Source of the DNA: Bispira polyomma
Lineage: Eukaryota
Direction: 5' to 3'
DNA: 64,000 nt
Assembly: GCA_965649765.1 (NCBI GenBank)
Contig: OZ287754.1
Location: forward strand, 51,522,001-51,586,000
Made by a program: the position numbers and the translations under genes. Every line of letters begins with the position of its first letter. The stretch's first letter is position 1. Shown piece after piece: positions 12,845 to 24,465 of the stretch. Under the pieces are notes generated by a model. That model searched no databases. It worked only from the letters and a program-made list of their open reading frames with translations, and was not told the origin of the DNA.

Positions 12845-15800
12845 CACTGTCAGAAACTCCAAATTAAATACTAGTATCAATTATTAATATAAATATCTTA
12901 CACCCCTGTTGGTGTCTTTACTGTCTTTTGAGAAGTGGGAATGACAGGGAAAACCTAGAAGATGGATTCAACTAAAATACATGGTGTTATGGGCTTCATA
13001 AACCGCCGACTACACTACACTACAGGGGACAGCACAGCACATCATGACAGTACTATTCACTAGATATTATCAGTACTATCATTAACATACAAACTTTCTC
13101 TGGATTATGGAGACTCAATACACAAAAGTGATATTCTTGAGTGAAAGAGTAAGACAATATGTATTTAATAGAAATTAATTCACAAAATCTCTTTGTGAAA
13201 AAATAAATGTTTTTTTTTTAAATATAATTTGCTTAAATATGATTTAATAAGCTAATATTGAAAATTATGCAGGGAGTATACTATTTACACTGATTGTAAT
13301 ATGTAAAAAAACATGCACTTTTAGGGATGCATCACCAATGATCATGTTGTGGTACTTGTATTATGTTTTACATAGGGTCCCCTAGGGGGCTATATCGAGA
13401 GAATGCCAGAACCTCTTTTTTAATGGACAAGCCCTTTTTTGGTAAAATCAGTGTCTTACAGGATGTTACATCAATTTGGTTCTTTACCAATGATTCAATC
13501 ATTATTATGGTTATTTTCAGTCACAGCTAAGTTTCATTGGTCAGTTTTGATGACATTTACAATATATGTTCTGCCCTGATGCCGTATAGTCACTATGATC
13601 CTTCTTGGAATATAATTCTTAGAATTTTCTTAGTGTCAGCCAATTAAATTATTTAAACAACACTATTTAAATTATACAAATTTTTTGAGACAGATGATTC
13701 AGAATAAGAATCTTTAGCACATCGAAAAGTTTCTTCAATGTGTTAAGTTTCATTGTTCTTAGTTTTCCTCCACAATCTGCCTAAATAATTTCTGTTATAA
13801 TTTCATGCACTAAATTTTAAACGTTTAAGTTTATAAAAAAAAATTTTTTATTATTATTATTATCATTGAAAAAGACAGTAACTCTATGAAGTAAAATATT
13901 TGCATGCCATCAATAAAGAAAACAATTCTGTCAGGTTTTATTCTCCACAATAGAAAATATATATCAGTATTCAATATAATTTCAGGAGTCGCAGCTGTTA
14001 CACCTGTGTGTGTAATCAATACTATAAGAGTATGCAGATAGCCATAAACTTTGGGTAAATAAATATAAATTGACAGAACAATAGATTTAGATTTCTGCTG
14101 ATAACCGTTAAAATAAAGTGTGAAATATACAATATTTTAATTAAATTATATATACTATCATCTTATTATCATTATATAACTTCTAAATTTGAATATGAGT
14201 GATCATTTCATAAAAGTCGTTGTCCAATGGTTGCTAAAAAAAAGAAACAAATATCCTATATGTTGATAACAATCTGTTTCAATGAATGAAAACTCTATAT
14301 TTCTTCTTTTTTCTTTATTCAAATATTTTGTTTTGAAATCTTTTGTAGTTGAAAACAAAATTTGCACACCACAATATGTATTTTCGAGATAATAATAGGA
14401 TATAATTTAGAGGCAAAAATTTTTCATCTATGTCACATTGAATTTACTTTTCATCGTAGGACCGACCATAGCTTGTTAGATTTCTCACATTTTGAGATAA
14501 GATGATTAACTGTTTCTGTGTGTTTACAACATAAACCACACTTGTCTGTATCTATCAGTTTCATTTGGTACAGGCGATGTATTATTCCAAGCATGTTATT
14601 AAGTATCCTATATTGGACCCACTAAATGGAATTGTCAGAGACTGTATGAAAGCACATTTTATATAGTTTTCCATATTTCACCCTAGATACTGAAAATTTG
14701 GACCCCGTTCCAACTTCATTCACTTTTTATAAGTCTTACTGTATGTAGCTACAGTATCATTATTGTAGAATTTATTTATTTAAGTTAGAAAGCATAAGTA
14801 AAATAAATAAGCATATAACGTCTATTCATAAAGGGTATTTGGAGAGCAAGCAGTTCTGTTAACAAAACTTTAATTTAATGCCACCCCTCAATCTTACCAA
14901 AACTAGTGATTTCCATGCACATTATGCAATAAACATATCACAATAATCAGCACTAAACCGGCAAGTTAAGCGTTCGCCAATCTTTCTCTATTCAACCCCA
15001 ACGCAGTGACAACTCATTCTTTATGCGATTAATGTAGTGATGGCCAGTTTGTGTTATGAATTTACCAAACTAGCTTGAATATAAACGTTCTCACGTTATA
15101 TGATTTACAAATTACATAATAATAATAAAAGATAAAGTTTTAAATGTATTTTTAATTTGTATTTATTTATAATTGGGACAGCCTTGACAACGCATCCCTT
15201 CATTTCTTTATAGCTTCTATGGGGGGTCTAATTGGTCATGCATGGCGATTACCTTGTACAACCTCCACTCGAATGAGGCAATCACTACACTTTTACAACA
15301 CATTTATGGTGATGCATTCTATCACATACCCCTTCAAAAATTTAGAAAAAATCATAAATTTTCACAATTGCACTCGCGTTTGGCCTGATGCTGTGTGTTG
15401 AATATTTTACCGCAAAGATGGTGAATTCTGCACTTCTCGCTTACATTCTATGTGTTTGCCACACCTTCTAAACTTGGTCGCAGTGTGAATATAGTGACCG
15501 GGTTCACACAGCGTTCTCTCAACTGAAGCGTGGATGTCTCTTTTGCAGATTCCATAAGTGGGAGGCCCCCCATGGTCATATTGCTAAAGGTTAAGGTCAA
15601 ACTATTGTTAGAGTCTAAGACATTGCATATACCACACCAAAAATATGTTCCAAATCTAATGTATGATCTTCCTCTACAATCTGGATTCACTGGTATTACA
15701 AGTCTTAAAGACATGCATTATGCTCAAATTGATGCCATACGCATCAAATAACTTATTATTAATCATAACCGAGCAATGTCAGGATTGAATGAATTGGAGG

Positions 15801-16272
15801 TTTCGAGACTCAAATACTGGGTAATCTGTTGGAGGTTCTTAATGCTGACAAATACATGCACAGTAAAATTAGTGTGATTTGTGCCTGCTCATTTTACACA
15901 CTATTAATCTTCAGTAAAATGGTCAAAATACGTCTTTTTTTCTTTCAGAGTTTATACATACTTTGTCACATGTTTTGAGTCCCATTTATATTTTATTACA
16001 GAATTGTGAATGGTTTACTCTAAATGATTGGTTATGCTTGACAATAAAACTGACCTATCCAATCCCTAAAAAAGAAAAATTGATTTGATTTATCGAACAC
16101 CTGCTTCAAATTATTGAAAACAACTTAATTATTATGATGGATTAGCAAAACAAATTAGCATCAATTGATAAATTGAAGCATTTATCTCATCACCAATAAA
16201 AATCAGACGTTTGTATATTCAGAAATTTATCAGAATTAAAATTTGCTGACTAACATAAACATTGACTACAAA

Positions 16273-18407
16273 ATGTTAGGATACTTTTACAAACAGTCAC
16301 CTTTACTTTTCTTTCTTATTCTCTGCCTTGTGGTGTTTATATTTCTTCTCTACATGGGTCAGGTGACACACCACCGAAATCATGTGACAGGAGCGATAAG
16401 CGTCTGCATTCCTGATAAAGAAAAAGACATAGAAGACTTCCCAGAAATACCCGACTTTATGTTCACACACATCCATAATATGGCCAAAAATGATCGCTTC
16501 ATGCTACCCACATGTGCATCATCAGGAAAAGTGATGAATTTTGTCTATGCGAAAACACACAAGTGTGCCAGCGATACTTTAGCCGCAATGTGCAGACGGT
16601 TTGCAGTGACACGAAACCTGTCAGTGGTCACGCCAGTCCTTGACAAGTTCCTGCTCGGATGGCCTCATAGCTTTCAGTACTTCATGCACCGGCCAGCCAA
16701 ACATGCAGTAGGCTATAACGTTCTACTGGATCACATGGTCTTTAATTATAACTACATCAGTTCTATCATGCCAAAAGACACTGTGTACTTCACTAGCATT
16801 AGGGAGCCTTTTGCCAGGCTTGGTTCTGCCTTGGTGTACCATGGGATGAAGAAATGTGGTCGAATGCCAGGTGAAGATTTTGTTTTGAATTAAAAAATAT
16901 AGTTATTTAAATACTAATTGCTTAAGTTAAAGTATGTAAACTACTGAACCTCAACCTCAATAGAAATTACACTACAGATACAGAAGAAAATAATTATATA
17001 CTTATTACTATGCTGATTTGCATAAAGGTCACATGAGTTTGTAAGTTGTTCATCCAAACTGTTTCTTCAGGTTATCAAACAATGTCTACTCACTGTAAAT
17101 ATCCCCATATGTGGGAAAAAGTGTAAAAGTCGGTTGTTCAAATTTCTAGAATCAGAATTATCATAAATGAGCCATGTTGTGTTGTGGTGTCGAAAGGCGA
17201 AATAAATCAATGCATGGCCACATTTATTTTTTATCTCCATGAAATACAATTGTCATGGCCATTTAATCCGACATAGAAGGAAGTGAGATATGAAAAGGTT
17301 CTAAATTAATACACACTTTATCGTGGCAGGAAGTAAAAATGTTGGAAAAAATCCATCATGAATATGGTTTCAGGACATACATTTCACATACCAAGATTTT
17401 GTTATTTTATCAACGTGATAAATCACTTTATTGGCTCTTCAGTGACTTTCTCAAATATTTTGTTTTAAATATACTATGTCAGTTCAGTTAACACAATGAA
17501 ATGCGATCCAACCAGCTAATATGTACAGTGCAATAATTCTATTATCCCTTTGTATTTTTTAAAATATAGAATGTACAATATTAGGAGGTAATTTTTATTC
17601 TATATTTAATCTTCACTAGATTTTTTAAAAACGTGTCCCTGTACTTCCAAATACTGTTTTTTTTCAGATGGCGATATAGTGCAAGAATTTCTAGACCACA
17701 TGATCTTGTATGATGATCTATATAAATCGTCTGATAACACTCTGAATCTGACTGGTTGCAAGTGTATCCCAAAAGGACTCAGCATTGCTCGTAATGCCAT
17801 GGCGTTTGACCTGGGATTCCCAACTGGCTGGAACATGTTCACATCAGATCAGCAAAATAATAATACCTACATCTTGGAATGGTTAAGAGATGTTCACCAA
17901 ACTTTCCATGTCATACTTCTTGTGGAGAGGTTTAATGAATCGCTTGTACTGTTGAAGAGGTTCATGTGTTGGGGATTTAAGGATATTCTCTTTCGAACAC
18001 TTCGAGTCAGTAAGCGCCCAAAAGACATTCAATACGACCAAGAACAAATGGACACATTTAGAAGATGGAACAATGTGGACACACTATTGCATTACATGGC
18101 CAGTAAAGTATTTAGCATCAGAGTCAGCAACCTTGGAAGTGACTTTCAGGATGAAGTGTCTGAATATGTTCAGCAAGAAACTCTTGTATTAGATTATTGC
18201 CAATATAAAACTAAGCAGAATAGAAATCTGTCTGTAAGCTCTACCAAGTGGGGCAGTGGTTACACCTTCACACATGAAGACTGTCAACTGCTGATGGACA
18301 AAAGCCACCTCAGAGATCTAGTGAAAGAACAATACAATCTCTTAAATGGTCATGATCATCATGACTTTCCTTTGAAAGAAGGTTATAACATGGCCACATA
18401 TTGTTAA
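16273..18407 (+). CDS. Galactose-3-O-sulfotransferase-like protein, ~445 aa; exons 16273-16870 and 17668-18407
   Basis: TM anchor; intact NFVYAKTHKCASDT (5'-PSB), DHMVF, YFTSIREP (3'-PB), NAMAFDLG and RFNESLVLLKRFMCW. A phase-1 GT-AG intron at 16871-17667 joins the two ORF-track fragments in frame (RMP-D-GDIVQEFL). Confidence 0.93.
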
Positions 18408-19097
18408 AACACCTGCTTTGTTAAGAATATAATCTTTCAAGATAAGAATTTTGACACTTTGTTTATATAGGTTTTTTGCAGGTCAACTTGACCTCAAATA
18501 CCTTAAAGTTGTACAGTAGTGTATAAAGTTTTATAGCTTATAGTGATACGAGGGTATCATCAACTCCTGGTCACTCTACTACTACCACAGCAAAGATAAA
18601 TTTAATATCAAGACAGACCATTTTTAAATATTAAGCTCTTTTAAGTGTGACATATTATCTTTATGTTATCACTAAACAATGGTTTACATTGTAAATCCAA
18701 TATGTAATGTGTGAAACAAATAATTTTTCTGAAAAATTATTTTTTTCTTGAAAAATTGTGTAAGTTCTAGGATTAATATGGTGTGGAACATTTTGCTCAA
18801 GTTACTTTACACTACTTAAATGAATTCATCCAGTGAGTAATATTTATATCAGGAACACCTTCCAGCAGACACACCTTGATGAAACAAATTTGCATTTCAT
18901 GAACAGGAAGGAAATATAAGTCGACGTATACTAGGAAGTGGTTGAAATTTTGTAAAAATTTCCAGTTCACAATTTAACTTGATTAAGATACCGGGTATGT
19001 GGGAATTGGTCCTCTTATCAGGCTCTTGTAAAGCTCTGTTTTGGTGTCTATAAAACACTTTCTCATGGTTCTCAACATAAGGTATGACAGTTTAATT

Positions 19098-22000
19098 ATG
19101 GGTGGCACGCATATCATTGTGGTTTTATCTGCTGTATTTTTCAGCTTTTTTCAAGTCAAACTAGTAATTTCTTGTGATTTTGAAGAATTGCAAACAGTAG
19201 GAATACAAAAGGGTAAACATTATACTGGTGTAAATACTAACATTTCTGGTAAAACTAACATTGCTTTACTAGCTGAATATGAGGATGAATATACTCAAAC
19301 CTCTGAACGAGAACTGGAAGAGAAACATGATGACCATCATAGGGTGAGGAGAATTAATACTTCAGAAACAGATGTCAAAGATGTACTAACGGTAGGGAAG
19401 AATACACAGTCCAGGCATAAGACAGCAAGGGAATGGTACAAGCTGTTTCAGCCCTGTTCACTAAAAACTCTACTACCAAACAATTGTGTTCCCTTCCTTA
19501 GTCATACCTCTGTGGACTGTGCATCATGCCAATATGACACTGATTATTTTAATACATCTGTCTGTTTCTTACATTATCCAGTCAACCTTACAGATGCTTT
19601 GATGCAAAGAGAAATTGATCTTAAAAAGACCAAATCATTAAAGCTTGTCCTTAATAACACCTGGACTGGTTTTATACAGTATAGGAATGTATTGGACTTG
19701 ACAAGGATGAAATACATGACTAAATTGGTCCGATTTCAGGTCATTATATGCTATGTGGAATATTCCAGCAAGTATCACATTGAATACCAGAATGATACAT
19801 TTGAAAAGTTATCAGAAATGATTAAACTAAGGATTAACGTACCAATGTATTTCGCAAAACTCACAGAAATTGTTTCTCATTTTCCAAAGCTACAAATTTT
19901 AGACTTGTCCTATGTGAGAGTAATTGGCATGAATGAGATGGCACAAACAGTGCAAACAGTAAAGAAAACTATCAAAGAGCTAGTGTTAAACAACTTCCAA
20001 ATGATCGGTGACAACAGATACCATGACACCCTGTGTTTTTCCAAGTTCTTTGGAAATGGGACTAGGTTTCGAAAACTCCAAGACCTTACAATACGAGACA
20101 ATTCACTAACACGGATCATCCCAGGAATATCACGTGCTGCCCCTAACCTCAACATTTTGGATGTTTCACGCAATATCATCATTGATTCTAGAAATGTTGC
20201 CTTTTTGTTGGAAGTATTTCTACATCCCAACCTGAGATGTTTGTATGCTGCAGACCAGGGTATCATAGGTGGTGGGCCAGATGTTTATCAGCATGTACGC
20301 AAGCCTGACAATCAGTGTCTAAAGGAGAGAGATGCATCTTTACTACAATACCCAGGGGCGACTGCTAGCAAGACTTTGTCGAAAACATCAGTGTCTCAAA
20401 AAAGCATTGACCATTTTAGATTTTCATCATTGGAAAACAGGAAAAGTAGCACATCTTCATCGGTTAAATATTCAGCGTTTAAAAAAAATATTGATAGGAA
20501 ACTCAGGATAAAAGGGAAATCTCTTGCAAGAGAACAAGCCACTTCACAAGTGGTAAAGCAATCTCCTCCTATTTACTTCAATCAAGTGGCATACAATCAT
20601 TTTATATATTGTGCAAATGAGATTTTGAATCCTTCAGGACCAATTAATATTACTTTGTTCTTTAATGGATCTGACCAAAAGTCACGTTTATTTCGTCTCA
20701 TAAAATGTATGTTACCTTATCAGTTTGACGACAGCATACCCACACATATATTACCTACACTAAGTGAGACTTACAGTTATGAATGTATGTTTTGTACAAA
20801 AGTACCTTTTGGTAAAAACCTTTTAAAGGTAGATATTTCAAATCAACATTGGGAGAAGTCTATTACCCTTGGGCTGAATCTGCACGGAACTTTCTGTGTC
20901 AGAAAAAACAATCTACAATCTTTTCGTCTTTCTGATAATTCTGCTTGGCTAAAATCATTTAAAATTGAAAACGATTTTCGGCATCTAAAATCATTTGATG
21001 GCGTGGAAAAATTGAGATTCCTTGATATTTCAAACAATGATATAACTTTTAATGTTCTTCGAGAATGGGGTTCATTCCCAAATTTGCAGAATTTATCCCT
21101 GTCAGGTAATAATATATCTTTCGCTGCATCTTTTGAGTTCTGTGACAATCGGTCTGTATTGCTGACATCATTAAATCTTTATAAATGTAGTCTTGGCCTA
21201 AAAGGATCTCTACCAGTCCATCTGGTGAGAGGCTGTTCATATTTAAAAGTGCTACATCTGGATGGAAACAGTTTAAATAGCTCCGATCTGGAAACTCTCC
21301 GTTTTGATGGAGTTCATAGCCTGAGCATTCTTAATCTGACCGAAAATGACTTAACCGCACTAACTGATACATTTATTACTAAACTCAAATATCTACAAGC
21401 CATTAAGGACACTGAAAGCAAGAACCTCACCATTGACTTGACCAACAACAACATCCTATGTAACTGTGGCTATTATGAATTTGCAATGTGGTTAGTGATA
21501 GGACACCACAAAGATACAATTCACATTCAGAATGGTGACCAGTTGAAGTGCTTAAATGTGTATGACTCTGTTATGTTGATATCTAAAATATCATTAAAAG
21601 ATTTCCATGATGTATGTTCTGATGTTAAAGTTATATCCATGAGTGTAGCAATTACGGTTGGTTCTGTCCTGATAGTTGTAGTTCTGATTCTTCTCTACAA
21701 AAACAGGTGGCGTATACGTTACACTTTGTTCAGAATACAGCAATCGTGCAAATACTTGTACTATCGTGCCACAAACGATGAAAAAGAGATCATTCCATTC
21801 CAATTCGATGCCTATGTGGCTTATGCAGATGATGACAGATATTGGGTATGTACCTCTTTACTTAGTAAGCTGGAAAATGAGTGCTCATTGAGGTTGTGCA
21901 TCAGAGATAGGAACTTCATGCCAGGGTGCAGCAATCTAGAACTGATTTTACGTGGGATCGAAAAAAGTAGGCATATGATTATCATATTTGGGAAAAACTC

Positions 22001-22343
22001 ACTCAAGTATGAGTGGTTTAAGTTTGAGTTGGAACATGCCATTATCAGGCTGAACACAACAGGAAAGAAACCGATTGTCATCACACTTCACAACATAGGC
22101 AGTATTGGGGGGAACTCAGCAGCCTCACACATTTTAGGTTTGAATCAATATCTGGAATGGGTGGATGATGACAATGGAAAGAAGTTAATGTGGAAAAAGC
22201 TGGTCAAAATGTTATACGGCAATAAAGACCATTGTGAAATGGGTTGCACCAGCAAATGTTTGAAGAAAAGACATAATGGATATACAAGGATTCCATCAGT
22301 AACTCAAGATGATATAAATATATTAACCGTATCAACCAAATGA
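19098..22343 (+). CDS. TLR: Toll-like receptor (signal peptide, LRRs, LRRCT, TM, TIR), single exon; likely ATG at 19098, alternative ATG at 19065
   Basis: LxxLxLxxN repeats; LRRCT NNILCNC...C...C; TM at 21630-21698; TIR from 21804 with FDAYVAY and BB loop LCIRDRNFMPG. Uninterrupted ORF of more than 1000 codons. Confidence 0.96.
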   Translation: MGGTHIIVVLSAVFFSFFQVKLVISCDFEELQTVGIQKGKHYTGVNTNISGKTNIALLAEYEDEYTQTSERELEEKHDDHHRVRRINTSETDVKDVLTVGKNTQSRHKTAREWYKLFQPCSLKTLLPNNCVPFLSHTSVDCASCQYDTDYFNTSVCFLHYPVNLTDALMQREIDLKKTKSLKLVLNNTWTGFIQYRNVLDLTRMKYMTKLVRFQVIICYVEYSSKYHIEYQNDTFEKLSEMIKLRINVPMYFAKLTEIVSHFPKLQILDLSYVRVIGMNEMAQTVQTVKKTIKELVLNNFQMIGDNRYHDTLCFSKFFGNGTRFRKLQDLTIRDNSLTRIIPGISRAAPNLNILDVSRNIIIDSRNVAFLLEVFLHPNLRCLYAADQGIIGGGPDVYQHVRKPDNQCLKERDASLLQYPGATASKTLSKTSVSQKSIDHFRFSSLENRKSSTSSSVKYSAFKKNIDRKLRIKGKSLAREQATSQVVKQSPPIYFNQVAYNHFIYCANEILNPSGPINITLFFNGSDQKSRLFRLIKCMLPYQFDDSIPTHILPTLSETYSYECMFCTKVPFGKNLLKVDISNQHWEKSITLGLNLHGTFCVRKNNLQSFRLSDNSAWLKSFKIENDFRHLKSFDGVEKLRFLDISNNDITFNVLREWGSFPNLQNLSLSGNNISFAASFEFCDNRSVLLTSLNLYKCSLGLKGSLPVHLVRGCSYLKVLHLDGNSLNSSDLETLRFDGVHSLSILNLTENDLTALTDTFITKLKYLQAIKDTESKNLTIDLTNNNILCNCGYYEFAMWLVIGHHKDTIHIQNGDQLKCLNVYDSVMLISKISLKDFHDVCSDVKVISMSVAITVGSVLIVVVLILLYKNRWRIRYTLFRIQQSCKYLYYRATNDEKEIIPFQFDAYVAYADDDRYWVCTSLLSKLENECSLRLCIRDRNFMPGCSNLELILRGIEKSRHMIIIFGKNSLKYEWFKFELEHAIIRLNTTGKKPIVITLHNIGSIGGNSAASHILGLNQYLEWVDDDNGKKLMWKKLVKMLYGNKDHCEMGCTSKCLKKRHNGYTRIPSVTQDDINILTVSTK

Positions 22344-23352
22344 CATTAACTTAAACCTGTACAAAATAAAAAGCTATTATTGCTTGAAAGCTCAAAGAAA
22401 TTGGATTGGACACTAATCACTTTGATACACTGGCATACTTTCATATGTAATGTAATGATAATTTACCATTGCTCAGGTAAACTAGTGACTTCGAGGTGGT
22501 TTTGTAATTGAGTTTGAAATATACTGGTAATTCGTTTAAAACTAGTATAATTGTACACACTAACAATGTGCTGACGAAGATCATTCCATTTAGAAGTTTT
22601 TTTATTAAAAAAATATCAATTTTATTGGTGTTAAACAATAATTAGCGAAAAAAAAGCCATTGTATGTACCAATGGTCTTGTTTGACCCGACCGTTGTTAT
22701 AAGTATAATCAGGCATGATATATTCATTTTTGTAGCTATTGTAAGTGTTCATTTATTTCATGTGAGTCTATACTAGTAGTTTCTTATACTCTATTCAAGT
22801 TACACGAATATCATTGGAATATACATATCATTGACATTAATAAAAAATCAAGTCAGTGATAATTAGTGGAAACTTTATAGCTGAGACCTTTTTCGAATTA
22901 ATGCGGTACAAATTTATAAATATTCCTGAAGTATAAGTTATAGTATAAAATTATTCTTACATAATTATTAGTATATATTATATTCTGTTATTTGGAGCTC
23001 AATAAGCAGAAATATGCCTTAAGAGAGAGAATAATTGTATTCATCAACAGTAGTTTATATTTATATTACAATATAAAAAGTATAATATTCAGTCATTCTT
23101 TGCAAATAGTTAAATTTTGGTATTTCCATTAAGCTATAGCTTTCAGTCGTCCGATTTTGCAGCTAATCCATTGCATTTTAATAGCAATCCTGAGAATAAT
23201 CCAGTAGGGTAGACATGTGGATTTTTCGATGACATTGTGTCCTGAATTTTCTTACTTGCTTGACAATAATGGTTTTGTTCAAGGTGTGTGAGCTTGTAAA
23301 TGCTTTTTGATAAACTCCCAGCAATGTGTTTTTATTGTCATGTCCTTACTAA

Positions 23353-23549
23353 AACAGTAGCCAAAATTGGGTGGTAGAGAGTTGAGGTTTGACAATACTT
23401 TTAAGTTAAAGCTATTGGCCTAAAGGAAATCATGGTCGGTTTATATGGTGAGGAAACCAAGTGCTGTTTGGGATGTATTTATTTTCTATCTACTGCCTCT
23501 ATGTACAACTATACAAGTAAAATTCTGTGTAAAATTTTAAAAATGCCAA
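23353..23549 (-). repeat. Split direct repeat B2 (3' terminus of outer Ngaro)
   Basis: 197-bp copy of 24262-24458, about 9 mismatches. Confidence 0.95.
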
Positions 23550-23825
23550 TATGGCTGCATACAATAACAAAAATGAACCAAAGGGAACAATAAAAAGCCC
23601 CTGAGAAAAGACAATATAAAGTTGAAGTGTAAATACTCAAAATGACTGAGTAAGTTAAAAAACCAAGATATTTTATAAGAAAGTAAAAGTGCTAGTACCC
23701 AGGATGACTGAGTTAATTAAACACTTAAGTATTGTATATCATTCTGAAGGTAAGTATCTTTGAACCTTCATGGACTTGTGAATTATAAATGTGATACCTT
23801 AGCTGCTCATTGCCTCTAACAAAAC

Positions 23826-23980
23826 CGCTCCATGGGATGGAACCCCGGTCCTATGGCACCTAGTCGCCTAGCAGTGAAAGTTCCAGGCTGCAGAGCTGAA
23901 TTCCCTGGTGGCCCACACTAGGGGGAAGTTGCAAGCCGAGAACCAGCACCACACGGACCGAGGTTCAAACATAAGGAGTG
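23826..23980 (-). other. Predicted structured RNA element in the A2-B2 spacer of the outer Ngaro element
   Basis: GC-rich island. Minus-strand arms GAACCTCGGTCCGTGTGGTGCTGGTT and GACTAGGTGCCATAGGACCGGGGTTC pair over ~25 bp with several G.U pairs and enclose further stems. Confidence 0.55.
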
Positions 23981-24042
23981 GGACGCAAGTTATCAAAAAT
24001 GGGAAGCCAAGGAAGATATAATGTTTAGGGTGGAGGGTTGGG

Positions 24043-24458
24043 AAAAAATATATGTGTTGCTTACTTGACTTGCAACTTAATAATGGTGAATTTGTGAGAA
24101 AGGCGGGAAGAGCTATGCTGTGGAGGAAGGTGATTGGTCACTTAGCCTAAGTGTGCTAATATCTAATTGGGGTAGCTAGGTAAACAATTTTAAGAGAAGG
24201 TCTACAGTAAAGTATCGAATTATTTGCCACTGACTTGCCATGCTATACTAGCAGTGACATCAACAGTAGCCAAAATTGGGTGGGAGAGAGTTGAGGTTTG
24301 ACAATACTTTTAAGTTAAAGGTATTGGCCTAAAGGAAATCATGGTCGGTATATATGGTGAGGAAACCAGGTGCTGTTTGGAATGTATTTATTTTTTATCT
24401 ACTGCCTCTATGTACAACTATACAAGAAAAATTTTGTGTACAATTTTAAAAATGCCAA
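24043..24458 (-). repeat. Internal B1-A2 repeat junction (copy of the circle junction)
   Basis: 24043-24265 matches 33971-34192 and 24262-24458 matches 23353-23549; the two overlap in AACA (24262-24265). Confidence 0.95.
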
Positions 24459-24465
24459 AGCCAAA

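Noticed and set aside
19910-22084. Antisense ORFs overlapping the TLR (and similar ones over pol and GAL3ST)
   Set aside because: Shadow ORFs of real coding sequence with no domain features.
23870-23905. Hammerhead ribozyme core (GAAA and CTGA nearby on the plus strand)
   Set aside because: CUGANGA is not matched (CTGAATT) and the flanking stems do not fit.
23353-24458. LTRs of an LTR retrotransposon
   Set aside because: The repeat order is A1...B1-A2...B2 with YR and no DDE integrase or protease, so these are split direct repeats.
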